IMG/VR virus record: IMGVR_UViG_2765236003_000003
Coordinates: 753-64,752 of that record
Direction: 5' to 3' (one strand)
Origin: a virus
Length of the DNA stretch: 64,000 nucleotides
Under the pieces are notes generated by a model that was given only the letters and a program-made list of their open reading frames with translations, searched no databases and had not been told where the DNA came from. This document shows, piece after piece, positions 35,965 to 46,100 of this stretch. The number at the start of each line of letters is the position of its first letter. The stretch's first letter is position 1. The translations under genes and the position numbers were made by a program.

Positions 35965-38091
35965 TTACCCCTGGATCGCGGCCAGTTGGGCCTTCACCTC
36001 GTTGGCGTCGAGTCGGACGGTGTCCGCGTCATCCGCGTCGTCGTCAGGTTCGTCGCCCGTGTTTCCGGAGGGCGCAGGGTCGTGGGGCTCGTCGTACGGG
36101 TCGTCGTCCCACAGGTCGATGCCGCTGCCTGCCATCAGGGACGGCGCGGCCGTGGGCTGTTCCTGGTTGTCCTCTTCGTCGGGGCATATGTCGAGGCCCT
36201 TGGAAGAGATCGCGGCGAGGAGTTCGCCGACGGTTGCGCGCACGGGCTCAAGCTGTTCGGCATCGTCGGCGGCGTGTATGCGGGTGGTGGCGTCGGCGAG
36301 TGCGCGCATGGTCGGCTGGACGACGCGGCTGTCCATGGTTTCGCTGCTGTCCGCCTCGCGTGCCGGCCCCTGATCGGGAATGACGACGGTGGTCAGTTCG
36401 ACGGGCTGTGGTGTGCTGAGGGATATCTCCGGGCCCGTGCTGTCGTACGGCACGGCATAGTTGATGGGATCGGCGCCGTCCTGGTGGACGGAGACGATGA
36501 CGCGGTCCGGGTAGGTCGCCTCGACGCACGTCCAGGTGCCGTCCTCGGCGGCGAGCAGGCGGCGGACGGCTGCGCCGACGCGGTCTCGGATCTCCTCGTA
36601 TGACGCGGGCAACGGCTGGATCGGCGACACGGTGGCTCCTGGGGTGATGCGGGACTTGGCTTCGAGGACGGCGGCGCGAGCGCTCTTGCTCTCGGCGGCG
36701 TGGGTGGCGGGGTAGATACCGGTGGCGTCGTGGTGCCGCAGGTTGCAGTAGCCCTTGGCCTTGTCGGGGCTCATGTAGCGTCCGGCCATGGCCACGCAGC
36801 GGTCGAAGTCCCCGGCTGTGCCCCAGGCGATCTGGGCGGCGCCCTCGCCGTGCGTGTACCAGTGGCGGAGGTGTTCGGCGTTGCCGCGGTCTTTGTCGAG
36901 GCCGCCTGCGGCCTTCGCTTCGAGGACGGCGGCGCGGGCGGTCTTCGCCTCGACGCTGGCCCGCATTCCGTGATCGTTCGTGCCCGATAGGGCGAGTCCG
37001 GTCGTAGGGACCGGTTCGTCAGCAGCGGCCGGACCGGTGAGTCGGATGGGGGTGGCGTCCGGGCCGCGCACGACGTGCACGGTGTCGAAGGCGACGGGGA
37101 TGGAGGGCACAGCTGGAAGATCGGTGGGCAGGTCATAGCCGAGGGTGATGTGCGGGGTGAACCCGTGGTCGGTGCGCAGCGCTGCGGCGAGAGGCGACAC
37201 GGCGAGCGCACCTACGATCCTTTCGCGGAGTTCGCTCAAGCCGGGCACGTCCGCGGGCACAAACATCGGCTCACCGTCCCCGGTGTCGGGGAAGCGGCCG
37301 ATGCCGCCGATATTCCCGGTGAGCGGAGCGGCGCCGTCGAGCGCGGCGGCCACGATCCCGGCGAGATCGTCGGGGTGGCCGGGGAGCTGATCGGCGTCGC
37401 CGAGGTAGGCCAGGGTGATGTGCAGGTCGCGTGGGTCGGTGCCGTCGCGGTAGGCGATCTTCGCGGCGATGCCGGCGGGGAGGTAGAGCGCGACCATGAC
37501 GCCGCGGCCGACCTGCTCTTCGGCGGCCTCGATATCGATGCGGCCGCTGGACGCGGTGGTCTTGTGCTCCAGCTCGGCGGAGCCTGGGTCGGCCTTGACC
37601 TCCAGCGAGCGGGTCATGGGATGCGCGCCGTGCAGGACTGGAGAGACCTCGTACAGGTCGAGCTTGTGGATCACGCGGACGCCGTCGGAGCGCTTCGTGG
37701 CGCCGCTCGGCGGGACGCGGTAGCCGATGGAGAACTGGGCCTCGTCGTGCTCGTGCCACTGCCGCACCTGCTCGTAGACGTCGCGCCCCTTCGACGTGCG
37801 CAGGTTGAACGCGATGGTCGCGACGAGCGCCCCGGCCTCGGCGGGCCAGTTCGGTATGTCGCCGAACCGGGAGTCGCTGGGCTGCCACTCGGCGATGTCG
37901 AGGACGACGCCTACGGGCTCTTTCCACTCGTGGTGCCAGACGGTCTTGACGGGTCTGGTCGCCAGGGTGTGGGCAAACGCACCGGGGACGATGAGGTCCG
38001 AGACTTCATCGACGACGCCGGTGACAGCGAAGATCGCCCTGCAAATGCCCTTGCGGGACGCAGGGGCTCGGGGAGTTGGGGCGGTCGGCAC
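35965..38091 (-). CDS. HK97-type prohead protease fused to 2H phosphoesterase and further domains
   Basis: DLIVPGAF, WHHEW, FSIGY, LYEVSPVLHGA (protease); DLHITLAYLG and FTPHITLGY (2H); GGAGG RBS. Confidence 0.9.
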   Translation of the reverse strand: MPTAPTPRAPASRKGICRAIFAVTGVVDEVSDLIVPGAFAHTLATRPVKTVWHHEWKEPVGVVLDIAEWQPSDSRFGDIPNWPAEAGALVATIAFNLRTSKGRDVYEQVRQWHEHDEAQFSIGYRVPPSGATKRSDGVRVIHKLDLYEVSPVLHGAHPMTRSLEVKADPGSAELEHKTTASSGRIDIEAAEEQVGRGVMVALYLPAGIAAKIAYRDGTDPRDLHITLAYLGDADQLPGHPDDLAGIVAAALDGAAPLTGNIGGIGRFPDTGDGEPMFVPADVPGLSELRERIVGALAVSPLAAALRTDHGFTPHITLGYDLPTDLPAVPSIPVAFDTVHVVRGPDATPIRLTGPAAADEPVPTTGLALSGTNDHGMRASVEAKTARAAVLEAKAAGGLDKDRGNAEHLRHWYTHGEGAAQIAWGTAGDFDRCVAMAGRYMSPDKAKGYCNLRHHDATGIYPATHAAESKSARAAVLEAKSRITPGATVSPIQPLPASYEEIRDRVGAAVRRLLAAEDGTWTCVEATYPDRVIVSVHQDGADPINYAVPYDSTGPEISLSTPQPVELTTVVIPDQGPAREADSSETMDSRVVQPTMRALADATTRIHAADDAEQLEPVRATVGELLAAISSKGLDICPDEEDNQEQPTAAPSLMAGSGIDLWDDDPYDEPHDPAPSGNTGDEPDDDADDADTVRLDANEVKAQLAAIQG

Positions 38092-38130
38092 GGCGAGGAA
38101 CCTCCGGCGGGTGGACAGTTGGCCGCCGGG

Positions 38131-38161
38131 ACCGTGCCGTGCTCGCCCGCTTACTGTCCTC
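38131..38161 (-). promoter_or_regulatory. Conserved phage promoter copy 13 (degenerate)
   Basis: GAGGAC-agtaagcgggcgagcacgg(19)-CACGGT. Confidence 0.5.
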
Positions 38162-38363
38162 CGCTGACCTCTGCCTTGGGGTTCTTCGCCTCGTCGGCCG
38201 TGCGCGCCGCAATCCACCCCTGGGTCCAGTAGCGGGCCCCGAACTGCTGCTCCTGGTCGGCGCTGTACTGGTCGTAGGGGCAGGCGTCGGAGGGGTCTCC
38301 CGCCGCGAACGCGGCCTTGCCCTCCTTGAGCAGCGCCAGATACCCCTGGCGGTTCAGCTCCAC
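38151..38363 (-). CDS. Rmf/CrpP-fold small protein
   Basis: EGKAAFAAGDPSDACPY...YWTQGW resembles the Rmf G..AG....CPY...W..GW pattern; AGGAG RBS. Confidence 0.65.
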   Translation of the reverse strand: MELNRQGYLALLKEGKAAFAAGDPSDACPYDQYSADQEQQFGARYWTQGWIAARTADEAKNPKAEVSGGQ

Positions 38364-38374
38364 CGGTACCGCTC

Positions 38375-38971
38375 CTAACTCTGCTTCGGCGGGAACAATG
38401 GGTCTTGTCCGCCGTGTTCGGCTGAGGCGTTCCCACCGCCATCGCCGTTGGCCTGGCTGTGGGTGCGGGTCATCTGGGCGTCGTCGACGTCGATGGCCCA
38501 CACGTCCGGGTCCACGTACTTCCACACCTGGCCAGTGGGGTCACGAACCCACCCAGTCAGTGTGCCGTCCGGAGCTTGATCGAGCCACGCCTCTTCACCG
38601 TTGGCGCCCTTGTAGGCGGCGAACGCGTCGGCTGGGTCGGTCTCGTCACCCTCGTCGTACATGTCACCCGACCACGGTCTAGCGTCGTCCTCCGGGCCGG
38701 GCGCCGGATCGGCGGATTCGTCCTCCAGGGGCGCAGCGGCGGCGACGGGCGTGGGGCCCGTCTCGTCCGAGGGCTCTGCCTCGGGCACCTCCTCGTCGGC
38801 CGAGTCCGGGGCGTCTTCAGCGGGAGCGGTCGCGGAGTCGGCGCTCGGTGCGGCTACGTCCGCGTCAGCACTGCCCCCAGGAGGGGCGTCCTGCTCCTGG
38901 TCCTTGTCTTCGTCCCCGAACGGCTTGCTGCCCTTGGGAAGTGCCTTGATGGCGAATCCGTATCTGGTCAC
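38375..38971 (-). CDS. Acidic hypothetical head-region protein
   Basis: D/E/P-rich with a structured WLDQAPDGTLTGWVRD segment; likely leaderless after promoter copy 14. Confidence 0.7.
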   Translation of the reverse strand: MTRYGFAIKALPKGSKPFGDEDKDQEQDAPPGGSADADVAAPSADSATAPAEDAPDSADEEVPEAEPSDETGPTPVAAAAPLEDESADPAPGPEDDARPWSGDMYDEGDETDPADAFAAYKGANGEEAWLDQAPDGTLTGWVRDPTGQVWKYVDPDVWAIDVDDAQMTRTHSQANGDGGGNASAEHGGQDPLFPPKQS

Positions 38972-38977
38972 CGGCGG

Positions 38978-39008
38978 AGCATGGACGCGCGACCGCGCTT
39001 GTGTCTCG
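38978..39008 (-). promoter_or_regulatory. Conserved phage promoter copy 14
   Basis: CGAGAC-acaagcgcggtcgcgcgtc(19)-CATGCT, GTG 6 nt downstream. Confidence 0.7.
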
Positions 39009-39161
39009 GCCGCACTAGTCCTATCCCAGTCCAGCTCGTCCGCCACTGTCAGCCGCCGATGACCCGACCAGCGACACGGGGCGGTCAGCCGCGCCTGTCT
39101 CTCGTCGGGGGCTGCGGTTAAAAACACTCCGCCAGCGTGCGCGTCAAACTACGATGATCGA

Positions 39162-39887
39162 GTGATAGATGATGGCCCGGCGTACAAACTCCTCTTGCAT
39201 AGAGCGGTGAAGCGCTTCGAACTTGACCTGCGGGAGTGGCCTTGGCCGCCTACGCGCGCCAGTGACGACTGGGTTACGTACTGGCGAGTCCGTTTTGAGG
39301 ACACGCTTTTCCGGGTTGGCCTCGGCGTGCGAAAGCTAATTGAGGCCGCGAAGCTTTCCGTTGAAGTTCAAGAACGCCCCATTGACGTCACGTTCTTGCC
39401 TATTCGCAAAGATTTCTTTCCTGGCGCTATAGATCAACATCACATCGAGAAGTTCTACGATACCGAGGCGGCGCGCCCCGATCGGCTGCCTGTCCTGCTT
39501 CTCTGTCACGCGATCGTCCACTCGTACGTTCTCGTTCCCCGCTTCGACGCGTCGGCGCACACGGGGTTGCGGCTACAAGACTTCTACCTGGCTTCGGACC
39601 GCGGGCGGAAGAAGGGTGTCTACCTTGTGGACTGGCGCACTTTCGTCGATGAATTGGTGCGTCCTGTGACATCGGACGACGTCATTGGGCTTCTCATGCG
39701 TCGATTGCCTAACGGGGAGGAGCTTAGAATTCCGACTTCATCCCCGGATGAGTCCATTGAATCGCTAGACCGTTTGGTGGATCTTTACGGCAGCCTGTCG
39801 CAGGGAAACGCCAAATCTGTTGATAAGTTCATGAAGGAGTGGCGAGAGGCTTATGGCCTGCCACCCGATTCAGAAACGACGGCTTGA
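39162..39887 (+). CDS. Hypothetical protein (AT-richer moron)
   Basis: 241-aa ORF, atypical codon usage, antisense to the operon. Confidence 0.7.
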   Translation: MIDDGPAYKLLLHRAVKRFELDLREWPWPPTRASDDWVTYWRVRFEDTLFRVGLGVRKLIEAAKLSVEVQERPIDVTFLPIRKDFFPGAIDQHHIEKFYDTEAARPDRLPVLLLCHAIVHSYVLVPRFDASAHTGLRLQDFYLASDRGRKKGVYLVDWRTFVDELVRPVTSDDVIGLLMRRLPNGEELRIPTSSPDESIESLDRLVDLYGSLSQGNAKSVDKFMKEWREAYGLPPDSETTA

Positions 39888-39903
39888 TGCAAGCTCGGGT
39901 CCA

Positions 39904-40176
39904 TCATGCCTCGGGCGTCTGCGCCTGCCGAGGTACTCCTGCTCCCTTTTTAATGACGTCGGTGTATCGATGCAGCACTGCGAGTACGGCCTCTTCGTCG
40001 TCTCCAGCCACTACACGCAGCGGGCCCGTCGGCGTCAGCGGGATCGATTGGCCCGTGTGCAGCTCGATGAGCGCGGCCGCGCGGGCGGAGCCGACCACCG
40101 GCCGGTCCGCGTCTCCAGTGACCTGCACTTGGTAGGCGGACCCGTCGTCGAACCGACCGGTGACGGTGTACGGCAT
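39904..40176 (-). CDS. Small protein downstream of giant ORF
   Basis: GAAGGAG RBS overlapping the end of the giant ORF. Confidence 0.75.
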   Translation of the reverse strand: MPYTVTGRFDDGSAYQVQVTGDADRPVVGSARAAALIELHTGQSIPLTPTGPLRVVAGDDEEAVLAVLHRYTDVIKKGAGVPRQAQTPEA

Positions 40177-40186
40177 CACATCTCCT

Positions 40187-43100
40187 TCATCGGGTGGCGA
40201 GCAGACCGAGGAGGAACGACCTCAAGTCGTCGTCCAGGTACCAGTCGCCAGTGAACATCGCTTGCAGGGACCGGGCGAGGCTGTCACCCGTGTCCGGCCG
40301 CGTCTGCTGCTGATCCAAGAGTCGTCCCAAGGCGGTGCGGTCGAGGGTGCGCGCGCCGGGGCGGCCATTGTGCGTCCGCGTGAACCAGAACACCGACTGC
40401 GCCGCGTCGAGGTCCGGCACGTGTCCGGCCAGGTGTTGCGCCAAGGCGTGAGCGGCCGTGCCGACCCCTGCGTCACCAAGGTCGGCGACGGTGGCGCGAC
40501 GCGCGTCGGGCTCGTAGCGGCCGGTATCGCCGTCGACGGCGGTGAGCCGGCGTCCGTCCGGGAAGGCGAGCCAGTCCCTGGGCATGTGACGCTGCACGTC
40601 GCGGATGGCGCGCTCAGCGTCCGGCGTGCTGTCCGGGCCGAACACAATGCCCGTGTTGCCCTGGGGACCGAGGTCGCGGACGTCGGCCAGGGCCGCCGCG
40701 ACGGCGTCGGGCACCGCGGCGGCGTACCGGCTGCGCAGTTCCTCCCACTCGCGGCGGGCGGTAGTGGCCTCCATGCGGGCTGCGGCGATCTCCACGTCGA
40801 CGTCCGGGTCCTGGACCGTGCTGCTGCCGCGTGCGGCCTGGAGGTTGAGCAGGCGACGCTCCGTGGCGGCCACGTAGTCGTCCGCGTGCTGGAGCGCGCC
40901 GTGCGGGTCGCGGCCGAAGTCGTCACCGAGCGCAGCGGCCAGACGGCGGGTCACGTCCTGGTCGACGTCGGCGCCAGCGGCGCGCAGTGCGGCCATGTGC
41001 CGCAGCGCCGTGAGGCCCGGTCCGCCGTCGGAGGCACGGTCCGGCACCCAGCGGGTGTCGCTGGAGCGGCCGGGGAGCCTGCCCGCGGCGAGCTGCGCCC
41101 ACGTCGTGGGCCTCCACCGGGAGACGCGGCGGGAAGCCTGACCGAAGCGGCCCTGCTCGGGCAGGAGGCCCACCCACTGGGACACCCGCGCGGCCAGCGA
41201 CTCGCCTTCAACGTCCAGGAGATCGAGCACAGCGTTCAGCTGTGCCAGGCGGCGAGCCTCCGGCCAGTCACGTACCCGGCGCACCAGGCGGCGCAGGAAC
41301 GACCGCAGCCTGGAGATCCGGTCACGGCTGTCGCGCCACAGCTCGGCGATCTTCCGGGCGGCGGCCTTTACCAGCTCGATGAGGCGACGGCCCATACGCC
41401 CGAGCAGGGCGAGGAGGCCGGGCTGCCGACCGGTGTCCGGGTCGGCTGCGGCGGAGCGGCGGACGATCCGCTGGGCAGTGGCCTGCCTCGTGGCGTCAAG
41501 CTGCCTCGTCAGGAGTCGGGTGAGCGCCTCGAGGTCGGCCGGGTCGACCCCGGCCTCTTCGAGCTGGCGCAGCAGCGCGGTCACCGCGTCGTCGACATGC
41601 TTGACAGCGTCGGCAGCTCCGTCGCCTTCCGCCACAGTGCGGTTGCGCGGCGCGGACGCGGTGCTGGCACGCCGAGTGATGGACGGAGCGTCGATCTGCT
41701 CGGGGATGAGCCGCAGGAGACCGGCCGCACGCTGAGCCAAGTCCTCGTTCGGCTCGCCGGGGAGGGGTTCGAGGTCGTTGATGGTGCGCAGTGCGGCCCG
41801 GACCGTCCGCTCGTGCGCCTTCTCGCGGGCCCGGCGGAGGGCCTGCTGAACGGCGGCGCGGTCGCGACCGGTGATGCCCGCGGCGTTCAGGGCGGCGTTC
41901 GCGTCCTGGCGGGCGGTGTTCCGGGCGTCTTGCAGGGACTCGGGATTCAGGCGCTGGGCGATCTGCTCGCGCAGTGCGTGGATGTCGCCGGGTGGTTCGG
42001 TCCCGGCAACGGCCTCGTCGATGATGCGCATGGCCACCGTGCGGCTGTGGTCGGCGACGATCTGGCGCCGTACCGAGGCCAGTGGCGGGTTGGGGTCGCG
42101 CGGGGCGGGCTCCGGGTCCAGTGCGGTGTCGGCGTCCGGGGCGGCCTCGGGGAGCTGCCACACGGGCATAGCTGCGTGGACGATGCGGCGCTTCCACTGC
42201 CGGTTCTCGTCCTCCAGGAGCAGGCTGCGCACCCCGCCGGGGCCTTCCTCCACATCGATGACGCGGTAGACGTGGACAGCGTCGCCGCGGCGCTCGTCGG
42301 GCATGGCGATGAAGTCGCCTTCGCTGATCTGCGCGGCGTTGGACGGGCGCGGACGGCTGAGCCATTCCGGTGCGGGGCGGCCGGCGGCGCGGTCGAGGTG
42401 GTCGGCGGCACGGAGCGCGGCCCGTCCCTCGGTGGTAGCCGAGTCAGCGTTCGCCCGCAGTTGAGCGGCGAGCGCGGCCGCCTGGTCCGGGGTAACGGGA
42501 AGGTCGGCGCCGAGCCGGGCGGCGGCCTGCTGGGCGTGGGGGTCGTCCTCGGGGCTGCTGCCGTTGTCGGCGATAGCGTCGCGGTCGGCCGGGGTGAGGT
42601 CCGGGTCGACGGTGGGGCCGATGACGGGGTCGACGGCGGGCAACGGCTCGTGAACTGTCAGGTCGTCGTCGGTGGCTGGTGCATCGTCCGGGCCAAGGTC
42701 CGGGGCAGCGCCGTTAGGCCCTTCGGCCTTGTGGACGACGGCCGTGGAGTCCATGTCGATGCTGCCGGTCTCGGCCGTGGTGGTGTCGACATAGTCGAGG
42801 GTGACGCGGTCACCGTCACGGCTGGTGTCCAGGATCTCCACGGTGGTCGGGGTGCCATCGAGGTCAAGAACGATGATGTCGCCCTTGGTGATCTCGTCAG
42901 CAGTCGGCTCGCTGAGGCCGGTGACGGGGGCGGTCTGGGGGGTGTCATCGCGGACTTCGCCGACGACGCGGAGACCTGCGGCGTCGCGGGTGACGGTTCC
43001 CTCGGACGTGGTGATCGTGATGCGGTCGCCGTCGGCCTCGTCGACCGGGCCGAGGAGTGCACCGTTCTCGTCGGAGACGACGTGGCCGGGCCGGAGCCGC

Positions 43101-46100
43101 TGACCAGTGGAGGTCCAGCCAGCGAGGCGGCGGTCGGCGGTGTCGTCCACCGTGAGGGAGGTGGGCGCAACGCCGTTGTCGGTGTCGCCGTTGGTCCACC
43201 GCACGGAGACGGTGGTGTCGGTGACGCCAGTGACTGTGCCGTCGCGGTCGCCGCCGGTGACGTGGCTGCCGGGGAACAGGCCACGGCCGTGGGAGTCGTT
43301 GGCGATGCTGTCGGGCAGGCCGCCGGTCATGACGTCACCCTGGGCGCCACTCGCCGGAGTACCGGGCGCTGCGGTTTCCGGGGCCTCGGCGCGGGCTGCG
43401 CTGGCGTTGAGCGGGGTGTAGACGGTGCCGCGGCCGCCGGTGCGGCCGTCCGGGGTCTCGCCGATCGTCGTACGCCACATGTCCTCGGTGCGCCCGCGGC
43501 GGGTCACGGTGACGCGCTCCGGGGTGTCGAGGACGTATCCGGCGCGGGTCACCCTGCGGCCCCGCCGGGTCGTGCCGTCGATGCGCGCCACGTCGCGGGG
43601 CTGGAGCTGGTCGACGCTGCCCCAGTGCGCGGGCTGCCCGCCGATGGGCTCGGGCTCAGGGCGGGGATCGGGCTCGGCCGTGGACTCGTCGGTGCTCTCC
43701 GGCGTTTGCGTAGGCTCCGGCTGGGGCCGGGGACCCGGGGCCGGACCGGCGTCCAGGGTGGGCGCGTCGTCGCCGCTGGTGCGCGCGAACTCCGAGTCGT
43801 CGCGGCTCGGCTCGGGGATGGTCTCGGCGTCAGGGGTGGCGTCACCAGGGCGGGTGTCCGGGACGGTTGTGGTGCCGTCGGCCGGGGACTGCTGGTCTCC
43901 CACGGTCGTGCGCGGCTCGGAGTTGTCGCCGGAGGCGGTCGGCTCCCGTGCGTCGCTGGGGGCCGTGTCGAGCACAGCGGGGGCCGCGTCCGGCTCGTCG
44001 CCGGGCGCGTCAGGGACCTGGTGCTCGTTGTCCTGGCCGAACCCGGCGCGCAGCCGCTCCGCCCAGAAGGACCGCCGCTCAAGGTCCTTCAGCGCGTCGC
44101 GGTCTTGCCGCTTGCCCTGGGCCGCGGACAGGGTTTCGCGCAGCCACTGGAACTCGTCACGGATGTGCTCAAGGTCCTGTGCGAGGTTTCCGCTCGGCGA
44201 CTCCTTCGAGCGGAACGACTCGACGAGGTGCACAAGTTGGTCGTAGCGCTCCTTGACCGCGGGGTCGTTGCTGAGGCTGCCGGGGAGTTCCGGCAGCTCC
44301 GGGTTGCGGCCTGCGAGGTGCACCTTGACCGTGTCCCAGATGTCCTTGTTGGGGTTCGTGGCATTGGCGGGATTGCGTTCGGCCCGCACGACCAGGTTGG
44401 CGACGGCCAAGTCCCGGTTGGCCGAACGGCTGTTGTGGTCGTGGTTGATCGTGAGCAGGGGCGTCGCGTCCCACATCGGCTCGCGGTCGTCAGCGTTGCG
44501 GTTCACGTTTCGCACGGTGCCGATCCGGCGGCCGTCCAACCACACGTCGAACGTGCCATCGTCGGCAGCCGGGCGGAGTTCAGCGCGTGCGGCGAGGGCG
44601 CGCACCTGGTCGGCTCCGCCGAAGCGGCGGTTGGCTTCCTCCTCGGCTTCCGGAGTCAGGGTGAACGACGGCAGGTCGATGTCGTCGATGGAGAGCGCCA
44701 GGGCGGTGTTGTCCGTGTCGGGCGTGGCCGGGGTGGAGGCCGCGGCGCGCCGTTGCTCCTCCTCGTACTGCTGGCGCTCGATCTTCTCGTCCGCGCGGCG
44801 GCGCTGCTTGTACTGGTTGTAAGTCAGGCGCCCGCCGTTGTTGTCGAACCACTCGATGAGTTCATCGCTGGCGTAGTCCCGCCACCGGCCGAACCGGGAC
44901 AGGGAGCCGCCGGAGAACAAGTCGCGCTCGCTCACGGGCGGCAGGCTGCGGCTCGCACGGCTGAAGAAGTAGCCGTTGGTGGCGTCGACCGCGGCCGAGT
45001 AGCGGGCCTCGTCGACGTCCTGGAACTCGCGCTGCAGGCGCTCCTCGCGGGTCTGCGGGCGACGGGTGACGTCCGTGGCGCCGAAGCCCAGAGCCGCGTC
45101 CATCGCCTCACCGCGGCGCCGGACCTCCTCGGCGTCGGCGGCCGGCGTGGTCGGGATGGCGTCCCGCACACGCTGCTCGGCGGAGTCACGCCGGTCCATC
45201 TCCTCGGCGACGCGCATCTGGTCGGCGTCGGAGAGCCCTTGGCCCCATGCGTCGGCGAGGTCGTCGTCGCTCAGACCGGTCAGGTCCTCCGGGAGCGTGG
45301 CGGCGGGCTTGGGCTGCGTAGCGGTGTCGCCCTGCTCATCGCCGTCCTGGAACAGGTCACGTGTCGCGCGCAGCGCCTCGGGCAGCGTGCGACCCTGGCG
45401 GTCGCGCCACTGGGCAATGACATCCGGGGTGAGCGGCTGGTGCCAGTCGATCGCCTGCCCGCTCGCGTCGGGGGTGAACTCAAACAGGTCGGCGAGGTCG
45501 CGGGCGTCGTCGGGAGTGCGCGCCGTGAGCGTGATCTTGCCGAGGCGGCCACCGTTGTGGGTCTGCGCGAACTGCCAGCGCCGCATCCCGTCCGGAGCGG
45601 TGTCGTCGGTCCAAGTGACCAGACCGCCGCCGGAGGACAGAGTGAGCGTCGGGTTACCGGCGAGCTGTGTGAGGAACGCGCGCCGCTCGGGGGTGTTCTC
45701 GTCGGCGGTCAGCCGGTCGCCGCGGCGCCACGCGTCGCGGAGGTCGGCCACGGTGCGCGGACGCGTACGGTCGGGCTCGCCGCCGTCGCCGTCTGTGCCG
45801 CCGCTGTTGGCCGCTGGGATGTTCGGAGGATGCGGCAGGTCGAGCCGGGGCAGGCCGGGGCCGTCCGGTCCGCCGCCACCGTTGCCGCCACGGTCACCAC
45901 GGCGACGGCGACGGTGCCGACGACGCTCACGGTCGTCTTCGTTCTCCTGAGCGTCGGACTCACCGGCGTCCGCGTTGTTGTCGGCGTTGTCCCGGTCGGT
46001 GCCTAGGGCCTTGGGGTCGCCGTCGGCGCCCTCGGGTGCCCCGTCCGGTGCGGCGCCGTCCGCGTCCGCGTCCCGGTCGCGGCGGTGACGCTGCTCGTCG

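Noticed and set aside
40160-46006. 1,948-aa plus-strand ORF and other long antisense ORFs (16056..18995, 53831..56284, 23839..25743, 6552..8192, 10731..12320)
   Set aside because: Shadows of real genes in high-GC DNA: V/G/A/R-rich, no motifs, no RBS
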